Shown: piece by piece, positions 10,247-17,900 of the stretch | Layout: every line of letters starts with the position of its first letter | How positions within the stretch are numbered: the stretch's first letter is position 1 | Origin: Syntrophales bacterium | GTDB lineage: Bacteria; Desulfobacterota; Syntrophia; Syntrophales; UBA4778 | NCBI GenBank assembly: GCA_041946925.1 | Contig: JBHGBI010000009.1 | Coordinates: 719-64,718 of the forward strand | Length of the DNA stretch: 64,000 nt | Direction: 5' to 3' | The notes under the pieces: model-generated | Databases searched by the model: none | The model's input: the letters and a program-made list of their open reading frames with translations, nothing else | What the model was told of the DNA's origin: nothing | Made by a program: the position numbers and the translations under genes

Positions 10247-11134
10247 TCACCACCGCGGGAGCGCCTTAACGTCCAGGGGTCCTCCCCTCTGGTAATCATA
10301 CACGTTGAAATCCTCGGGCGTGGTCTCCTCTTTCAGGTACCTTATGCCCCGGTACAGGTTGGTCTCGATCTCGCTGACCGAGGCCACGCCCTGGGAAACC
10401 AAGAGATGGCGGTCATCATCCTTGCGGACGAGAAAGATCGCGGGGGTGGTATGGATATCGAGAAATTCCGCCAGACCTGCGTTTTCCCTTATGTTGATTT
10501 TCTTGACCTGCCAGTCGTACTTTTCCACGAAGAACCGCAGTATCTTTTCCTGTTCCAGGCAGAACTCGCATCCCGGCTGGAAGAAATAGAGAAGAGCAAA
10601 ATCCTCTTTCTCACTCGAGATCTTTTCCTTGACCTCCTTCATCTGGGTTCGGATAAGTGCGCCTCCCCCCGGGACCGAGTTCGGGTAGAAATTGGCGATA
10701 TTGAGACCGGGGTTTTTCTGCAAAACTTCGGCTGCAACGGCCGCGAACCGCAGGGCCCTGCGGCGGGAAATATCCTGGACGAGCAGGTATTCCTTCACAC
10801 TCTCCTCGGTCGACTCCATCAATGCCTTGTTGAGAAATTCCGTCTGAAGTTCCTTGAAGTCGTCCGGATGCATCCTCATCAGCTCTTCCGGTCGGTAATC
10901 ACTGATCCTTGGCATTTTCCTCGCCTTCTGCGCAGGATCCTCTTCGCCCCCTTGCGGCGCCTTTTCGGGCTCCTTCTGGTACCACCACCATCCCTTCCTC
11001 GAAGAGTCGTTGTACTGCGGCGCGCTGCCGGACGCGGCGGGGGAATCCTCCCCGGTCGCATATACAGCCGGAGACAGGAGAAGAAGGCAGACAAAAAAAA
11101 CTAGCCGCCTAAAAAAGAGCGTGAACTTTTGCAT
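10247..11134 (-). CDS. traF: Conjugal transfer protein TraF (thioredoxin-like)
   Basis: GWWWYQKEP, LLYFFQPGCEFC (CxxC), TTPAIFLV; start re-called at ATG 11134 with GGAGA RBS. Confidence 0.9.
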   Translation of the reverse strand: MQKFTLFFRRLVFFVCLLLLSPAVYATGEDSPAASGSAPQYNDSSRKGWWWYQKEPEKAPQGGEEDPAQKARKMPRISDYRPEELMRMHPDDFKELQTEFLNKALMESTEESVKEYLLVQDISRRRALRFAAVAAEVLQKNPGLNIANFYPNSVPGGGALIRTQMKEVKEKISSEKEDFALLYFFQPGCEFCLEQEKILRFFVEKYDWQVKKINIRENAGLAEFLDIHTTPAIFLVRKDDDRHLLVSQGVASVSEIETNLYRGIRYLKEETTPEDFNVYDYQRGGPLDVKALPRW

Positions 11135-11648
11135 GGATATCTCCGACACTGACAAACCCGAAATACCTGGAATCGCAGCTGTCGTTGTGGTCGCCCGTGA
11201 CAAAAACATATCCCGCCGGCACCTTGCCGTTATATTCGAACTGCTCCAGGGGATCGCCGGAAGAGCTCCGTTCTCTGGCCGTTCCGATGAAACGGCCGTT
11301 GCAGAAATAGCTTCTGCCGTCCTGCCTGAGGTCCTGTCCCTCGAGACAGGAGACCCGCTTTATGACAAGAGGGACGTCTTCAACGGGGCCGAGCTTTTTT
11401 CTGAAGAGTTCTCTCAGGGTCTGGTTCCTCTCGAGCACCCGGCTCATGCTGAACATCACGTAGTCACCGTTCTCCACGCCGGCCGAGGGATTTCGATCGG
11501 TGATCAGGAAAACCCGTTTCTCGAGCGAAGGCGTCAGCGTCACGGCAAACCTGGACGGAATCATGGCGCCCGCGGCGAGCAGAGCAACCATGAAGATAAC
11601 GACATTGAGGCTGATTTTTTTCGCCAAAGGCTCATGGTCACGGTTCAA
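11109..11648 (-). CDS. trhF: S26 family signal peptidase (pilin-processing TrhF type)
   Basis: TLTPSL (Ser), IKRVSCLEG (Lys), GDHNDSCDSRYFG. Confidence 0.88.
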   Translation of the reverse strand: MNRDHEPLAKKISLNVVIFMVALLAAGAMIPSRFAVTLTPSLEKRVFLITDRNPSAGVENGDYVMFSMSRVLERNQTLRELFRKKLGPVEDVPLVIKRVSCLEGQDLRQDGRSYFCNGRFIGTARERSSSGDPLEQFEYNGKVPAGYVFVTGDHNDSCDSRYFGFVSVGDIHAKVHALF

Positions 11649-12027
11649 TCAGCTTCACCCCTTTAAGGACCGCATCTGCCCGCAGGACGATATTGTTGTC
11701 GCCGAGCGAGTTGAGCTTATTCTCGAATTTATCCATGCTGGCCTTGAACTGTTCCTCTGTAATCTTTCCGTTCAGAAACAACACTTTCTGTGCGGAAACA
11801 TACCCGATGACGTCCATGGCGACGATTTTCGGCGCAAAACAGCAGTGATAGGTAAAGACGGCCGCCGCAGACACGACAAGGCTCACGGCAAGGGCTATAA
11901 GAACTGTGCCGGCCCGGCCACGGGGCCTCTCTTTCACGGCCCCGGTTTGGGGGGCGACTTCCCGGATAGCTTCGGTTTCTTCCGCCTTCCGGGGCGCCTG
12001 ATCCTCTTTTAATTCCTCGTTGTTCAT
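11638..12027 (-). CDS. TrbI F-type-like single-pass membrane protein
   Basis: One N-terminal TM, KIVAMDV motif, helical body, NIVLRADAVL end; position next to trhF. Confidence 0.6.
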   Translation of the reverse strand: MNNEELKEDQAPRKAEETEAIREVAPQTGAVKERPRGRAGTVLIALAVSLVVSAAAVFTYHCCFAPKIVAMDVIGYVSAQKVLFLNGKITEEQFKASMDKFENKLNSLGDNNIVLRADAVLKGVKLIEP

Positions 12028-12120
12028 TATTTGCTCTCCCTTTCAGACCATTTGGCCTTCCTAATACAATATACGTCGGGACATATCATTGCGGGCCTAT
12101 GTTGCTGAAAATATTGTGTT

Positions 12121-12188
12121 AAAAAAGAGGGCGGGACGAAAATAGAGGCGCTCCAACCACCTTGAAAAAGCGCTCCGCCCGTCCCGCC
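12121..12188 (-). terminator. Extended hairpin plus U-tract inside the tra cluster (after trbC)
   Basis: Perfect 9-bp stem GGCGGGACG/CGTCCCGCC with an inner GAGCGCT-type helix, then TCTTTTTT on the minus strand. Confidence 0.6.
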
Positions 12189-12209
12189 GCCCCAAGTTGC
12201 CCTCAATTC

Positions 12210-13250
12210 CTATTGAGAATGCCCGATTTTTTTCAGCAGCCGCTCCAGAAACCCGCTTTTAGCCTCCCTGTTCAGGCTCTCAAGGGCATATTCGACCGAG
12301 ACGTCACCGGAGACGGACACGAAGTCGTCTGCCTTTGCATTGTATTTCGTGCCTTCCCCCATCATCGGGTCGCGGATGGTCAGCCCTCTGGCATATACGA
12401 AAGTCGGGACCTCCCCGATTTTATAACTTCGGAAAAGAAGAGGATCGATCTGGACGTTTACCCTGTACATTTCGCACTGCGTCGACTCGTGGCCGCACGT
12501 CTGGTCTCTTTTCATTATTCCGGTTATGAAATCAATGGTAGGCATCATGTGCGTCATGCCCCCGACAAACCCCCTGAGCACTACCGTGATCCCTGGATCT
12601 CCGAGCTTGTCGAGAGAAGCCATGTAGTTTCTCAGGGTGCTTTCAGGGACCGAGGATGAGATGAAGACGTACACCCTTTCGGATCCCGGCTCCCCCGATG
12701 CAGGCTGGAACCCCCCGGGGGCCGTGGCATTCGGGTAGTAATCTTTCAGCACTTCAGGAAAAACACCGGAAAGCTGCCTTTCCCTTTCTGCATCGATCCT
12801 TTCCTGGAATTCGTTGGACCTGCGGTAATCCGCCATGGTTTGGGCTCTCTGCTGCGCTTCGGCCCGGTAAGGATTATCAGGGACCGCAATCTTTTTCGAA
12901 TAAGACTCGGCGGAGCGCCGGGCCCTGTCAACCGCGGCCATATCAAACTCCCTCATCGGCGTTTGCCAGCCGTTGCCGTCGGCGCCCACGACCGTATTGA
13001 CCCAGGGCCTGCCGTCCACATAAACCTGGACCCGTTCCGTGTCGTCCGGAACATCGACGGCGATGTCCGATATGCCCTGGGCGCAATGTTTTTCGGACGA
13101 TTTCACGTATACGCGGTTCCCCTCAACCCTATCGAGTCGGCAACACTGGTTGGGCACTTTCACCTGGACCTTCAAGGCATAAACATGGGGGACGAACAGC
13201 GCCGTCAGAATCATGGAAAACAAGAAAATTGTACGGAACAGATAAACCAT
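12210..13250 (-). CDS. trbC: Type-F pilin assembly protein TrbC with N-terminal extension
   Basis: VYVFISSSVPESTLRNY, VVLRGFVGG, VQIDPLLFRSYKIGEVPTFVY, SVSGDVSVEYALE; start re-called at ATG 13250. Confidence 0.88.
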   Translation of the reverse strand: MVYLFRTIFLFSMILTALFVPHVYALKVQVKVPNQCCRLDRVEGNRVYVKSSEKHCAQGISDIAVDVPDDTERVQVYVDGRPWVNTVVGADGNGWQTPMREFDMAAVDRARRSAESYSKKIAVPDNPYRAEAQQRAQTMADYRRSNEFQERIDAERERQLSGVFPEVLKDYYPNATAPGGFQPASGEPGSERVYVFISSSVPESTLRNYMASLDKLGDPGITVVLRGFVGGMTHMMPTIDFITGIMKRDQTCGHESTQCEMYRVNVQIDPLLFRSYKIGEVPTFVYARGLTIRDPMMGEGTKYNAKADDFVSVSGDVSVEYALESLNREAKSGFLERLLKKIGHSQ

Positions 13251-13261
13251 AGGTATTTCCT

Positions 13262-14380
13262 TTACCAATCCAGTTCGGGACCGGCCGTGCCGCTCGTATC
13301 CCACAGGGCGCTGTTGCCGGCGCTGCTTCCCGAGGCGTTCCCGCCGCTGCCGGATCCCCCCAGGCCGATCGCGAAGGCGCAGCACGATCTCCTCCGGAAC
13401 TGCTGCCAAGCGAAGTTGTCGCCGTAAAACGGGGGATTCTTTCCCGTTGCCCACATCATGTCACTGCGGCCGAAAGGATGGCACCACACGTCCCGGACAG
13501 GTTTTGCGACATGATGCCTGAAATTGTGCTTGATCCAGATGGGGGTGTGCACGCAGCCGCAGACATTGACGGCCGTGTCGCAGGCCAGGCCCTGCCTCGC
13601 CATAAGAAACTGGGTGCGTGCCGCGATGCCCTCGTGCGCCATGAGCATGACGGAGTTATTTTTAAAACCGGTAAGTGGGTAGACATTGCCGGCTGAGGCC
13701 GTGCACCAGAAAAGAGGGCTTATAGAGAATCCAGCATTCGACGAGACCGAGTCCGCGATGCACGCCATCCCGGCGACAGGGTTGGCGAAGAGGAGCGCCT
13801 CCGGCGCAATGACCATGGAGAGCAGCGAGTTCGTCCACCTCGGGTCCACCTCGGTAATATAGGCGAGGTCAAACCCGCTGTGCTCGACGCATGCCACGTC
13901 CGTGGCGATTTCCATTATCGCCCACCAGGGCGCGATCATGTAATGCGAATGCGCAAAAGTCTCGCCCGCCTGGTCGTGCTTTTTGGCGGTGGCCTTGGTC
14001 GCCCCGGACTGGAAACCGGTTGGATTGCCCATACCTATCCCGACCGACGGAAAGCAGTAAGGAGTTGAAACGGTTTCGACGATACGAGCCGGCTCCCAGA
14101 AGCTTATCGGGATCCCGATCTTGAAAAAGGGCGGGTTTATCGCCGGGCAGACGCATATCGGCATCTGGGCCGCGTCGGGATAGTTGTTTTCATACGGCCC
14201 CGGGAAGACCTGGATCCCCGCTATACTGAACGGGAATATACATTGCCAGCAGACATCCGTGACCGGGTTCATCGGCACGCCTTGCGGGCACACGGCAAGA
14301 GCATTATCCGCGGTTCCGGCGCAGAGGAGAGCCAGGACAACCAGGCAAATAGCCCGTCTTTTCCGGTTACCTGACTGCAT
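13262..14380 (-). CDS. traU: Conjugal transfer protein TraU
   Basis: NPVTDVCWQCIFP, ISFWEPARIVE, DLAYITEVDPRW, RRSCCAF; start re-called at ATG 14380 (GGAGG RBS). Confidence 0.93.
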   Translation of the reverse strand: MQSGNRKRRAICLVVLALLCAGTADNALAVCPQGVPMNPVTDVCWQCIFPFSIAGIQVFPGPYENNYPDAAQMPICVCPAINPPFFKIGIPISFWEPARIVETVSTPYCFPSVGIGMGNPTGFQSGATKATAKKHDQAGETFAHSHYMIAPWWAIMEIATDVACVEHSGFDLAYITEVDPRWTNSLLSMVIAPEALLFANPVAGMACIADSVSSNAGFSISPLFWCTASAGNVYPLTGFKNNSVMLMAHEGIAARTQFLMARQGLACDTAVNVCGCVHTPIWIKHNFRHHVAKPVRDVWCHPFGRSDMMWATGKNPPFYGDNFAWQQFRRRSCCAFAIGLGGSGSGGNASGSSAGNSALWDTSGTAGPELDW

Positions 14381-14978
14381 ATTCCGAAACCTCCATGAAC
14401 AGGCCTTTCTGGACAATTACGCATGGAGCCGCCTCGATCTGGAGCCGCGAGGCCGTCTCCTGGTCCAGGTAATAGACCGGCCGGCCAAGCTCCTTTGCGA
14501 GTCCGTAATAAGATCCGTCGGACAGGAGCAGCATCGTGCGGATATCGCCGAGAAGACCCGAATCTTTCAGCCACTTGACCTGGTTACTGTCGCTTTCGTC
14601 GATAACGACCAGTATATCCGGGAAGAAGATGTACTCGAGAGGATTGAAGGTGTATCCCCTGGGGTAAAGGATCCCGCCCTTGCCGTCCGGTATATCGTAG
14701 GGAAGCGTGTACGAAACATCCACATTCCGAACCCTGTCCTTCAGGGCGGCCGGAAGCTTTTTGATGTTCCGGGGACGATAGCCGAGGATCTTCTTCCTCC
14801 ATTTTTCTTTGTCGAAGACCCTGTCCCAATCCACGGATTTGGCCCTGTGCTCAAGCTCGGCGAGCGCATCCGGCTCCGCTATCCTGTAAACCGTCCCGAA
14901 ATTTCCGAGCCTGTGCCCCGCCGCGAAGACGGCGGGCGTGAAAAGGGCAGCGATGAACAGCACCAATACCTTCTTCAT
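14367..14978 (-). CDS. traW: Conjugal transfer pilus assembly protein TraW
   Basis: FGTVYRIAEPDAL, DGKGGILYPRGYTFNPL, RPVYYLDQ..RLQIEAAPCVI. Confidence 0.92.
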   Translation of the reverse strand: MKKVLVLFIAALFTPAVFAAGHRLGNFGTVYRIAEPDALAELEHRAKSVDWDRVFDKEKWRKKILGYRPRNIKKLPAALKDRVRNVDVSYTLPYDIPDGKGGILYPRGYTFNPLEYIFFPDILVVIDESDSNQVKWLKDSGLLGDIRTMLLLSDGSYYGLAKELGRPVYYLDQETASRLQIEAAPCVIVQKGLFMEVSEYAVR

Positions 14979-14985
14979 GGCCCCG

Positions 14986-17900
14986 TTACCTGGTGTTTTG
15001 GTAAAAATTCTGAATGTTCCCGCCCATGTCGGTTATGATGGACTGCTGCGCCCTGGTGACGATATCGCCGAAGTACTCGCTCAGATCAATCTGGCTGAAG
15101 TCGAGCATCTGGAATTCTTCGGCCGTAAAGCCGCGGCAATCCGGGCTTTCCGCGCTGCCGAAACCAGCGGGGAATTTCTTGAGCTGCCCCCTCCCCTGCT
15201 CCTGGATGATGCGACCCAGCTTTGAGTTGAAACAGCAATAAACGTTCGCTTTCTGCACGCAGCCGATAAGGGGCCACTTTTCCTTGCAGTAATCGCCGAG
15301 GTAGTGGCAGACGCCCGCGGCGACCAGCCCCATGGTTTTTTGATCCTGCTCGCCGCATACCTCCTTGATGGGACCGAACGCACCCTCGCTCGTATCGCAG
15401 CAGTTGAAGAAATTGGTACTCCGTCCCCCCGTCCTGCACTCGCTTGCCTGACCGTTGAAAATAAGGACCTGGCCCTCGCACTCTCCGGTGCTCTCGTTGA
15501 TTTTCCCGTCATTGTGGTAACTCGAAAGGTCAATCTGGTTCTGCTGTGTCGGCATTGAAGTCATCATAAAGCACTGAATATCGGTACACTGTTTTATCCC
15601 GGAGACCGGGTTGGTAATGCACGCATATTGCTCGCCATAGGGGCAGTTCTGGACTCCTCCCGTGCATTTGTCCTGGTCGGGATCGTAATTGCCCTCGAAG
15701 CACAGAGGCGCCGCGGCGCACTGCTTTGTGGTCTGGTCGTAAGTGTACGTGTTCGGGCAGTCGTATGCGGCTTCGGATACGCACAGATCGAGCGACGAAG
15801 AGTACGTGCCCGGCTCCGGGCAGGGGGGAGTCGCCTCGCAACGGTCATCCGCCGGCTTGAACGTATAGGATGCGGGGCACAGGTCCTGCCCGGGCACTGA
15901 GCACATGGCGAGGACCGTGTCGTAAGCGCCCTCGTCGCAGACCGGCTCCGGAACCATCCGGCAGAAACCGGAAGCATTATCCCAGCCGTACCCGGCCGGG
16001 CAGTCATTGATGTATGCGAGCTCGCACCTGTCCCTGTCGCCTACGAAGGTTCCGCCCGAATCGCACGCCGGGTCTTTCTCGCAGATGTCAAGGGCGGCGT
16101 TGTAGACAAAACCCGGGGGGCATTTGGAGGTATCTATGTGTATCTCGCAAAGGTTTGTCCCGGCATTCAATATGGCGCCCGAAGGGCACGTCACGACCTG
16201 CTTGCAATAATCGATAATCGCATCATAAATGAAATCCGCGATCGCGCAGCCATGGACCGGCTCGATTTCGCATTTATCCCTGTCCGCGCTATAGGCGAAG
16301 CCGAACGCGCAGAGCGGGCCTTTCTCGCAGATGTCAAGAGCGGCGTTGTAAACGAATCCGGAACCAGGGCATTTTGATGTATCCAGTATGACTTCGCACA
16401 GGTCGGTGACAGGATTGAGAGACGCTCCTGACGGGCAGGAGACGGCCTGGGTGCAGTAGTCTATAGCGGCCTCGTATGCGAATCCCGGAAGATCGCAACT
16501 ATGGAAGGAGGCTTTTTCGCATTTGTCGCGCGCCGCCGAATAACTGAAACCCGCGCTGCAGTCAGGATCCTTCTCACAGATATCCCTTGCCGCGTTATAC
16601 GTGAATCCCCCGGGCGGACACATTGCGCTGACAAACAGAATTTCGCAGAGATCCGCGGCGCCGTTCAGTGATCCGCCCTCCGGGCACGTGACCGCCTGAA
16701 CGCAGAAGTCAAGAGCCGCGCTGTACACGAAGCCGGCCAGAGCGCACGTGTGCGTCGGGTTCTCCACGCAGAGATCCCTGCCGGCGTCATAGGTGTAATG
16801 TGCGGGACAGTTGTTTATGCGGGCGGCGTGGCATTGGTCATTGGCGCCGTTGTATGTGCCGGGCGCCGGGCAGGCAGGCGCCGCCTCGCATCTGTTGCGG
16901 CCCGCAACATAGGAGTATTCGGCGGCGTTGCAGACCGGGAAAGAAGATGCCTGGCACATGTCGCGGGCGCCGCTCAGCGTCCCCCCCGAAGGGCAGCTGA
17001 CGGCCGCCTGGCATACGCCGTTGTCTGCATCCCATGCATACCCTGCAGGACAGTTCGGCGTCCCGGAAGCGACGCAGTAATCATAGCCGCCGTTGAGCGA
17101 TCCTCCCGCGGGGCAACCCGGCGCGTAATCGCAGGTCGAGCCGGAGAGCTGCCAGGGGGCGCCCCAGCAGTAATAGGTGGGTCCCGTACAGGCGACGGTC
17201 CGGCTGCAGTTGGCGGCGCACGTGCCGGAGTCGCCATACTCAGAGCCGGTCAACGAGCAGGTCCAGTAGTAAACATATGTATTATTATAATAAATTCTAT
17301 AATGAGCGGTGGCGCATCCCTCGATCCAATCGATATGGTCCCAGTACCCCCAAAGACCCTCTCCCCCGGCAGGGCAAAAGGTCATTATGGGGCAAGTCAC
17401 AGGAGTGTAGCTCGTATTCCAACAGAAGTTACCTGGCCCACTCCCGCAGCCCGAATCCCCTGTCGCATACTGATAGCAATACGCCGTGGAAGAAACACGC
17501 GAATGCTGGCTGCAAGTTCCGGACTGTACACAGTTTGCGGCGCATGTGCCGTAATCACCGTAATTTCCCCCGAGCGGGCATGAATAGTAATATGATGCCG
17601 AAGCAGTGCAGGCGTCCCAGCTTCCGTTATAGCTCCCGCCCGACGGACACGATGGAGACGCGATGCACAGGGACCACGGCGCATACCAGTTGTAGCCCGC
17701 GGGGCAACCCCAGCTCGATGGCGAGGTTTCGCAGCGGTCGCGGGCGGCATTGTAAGACCCCGGCGCCGGACACGGCGGGGCAATTTCGCAAGTCCCCCTC
17801 GCCGGCACGTAAACATATCCGCCCGGGCAGCCGTTTGTGTACCCAACGTAGCAGACGTCATTAGCCGTATCGAGTGTCCCGCCGGAGCTGCAAGTTGAAG

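Noticed and set aside
9167-11104. 645-aa plus-strand ORF (also 4687-5586, 31657-32574, 52385-53695, 57953-59098 and many other overlapping ORFs)
   Set aside because: Lie antisense to or out of frame with well-supported genes, have no recognisable motifs, and are expected shadow ORFs in GC-rich coding DNA
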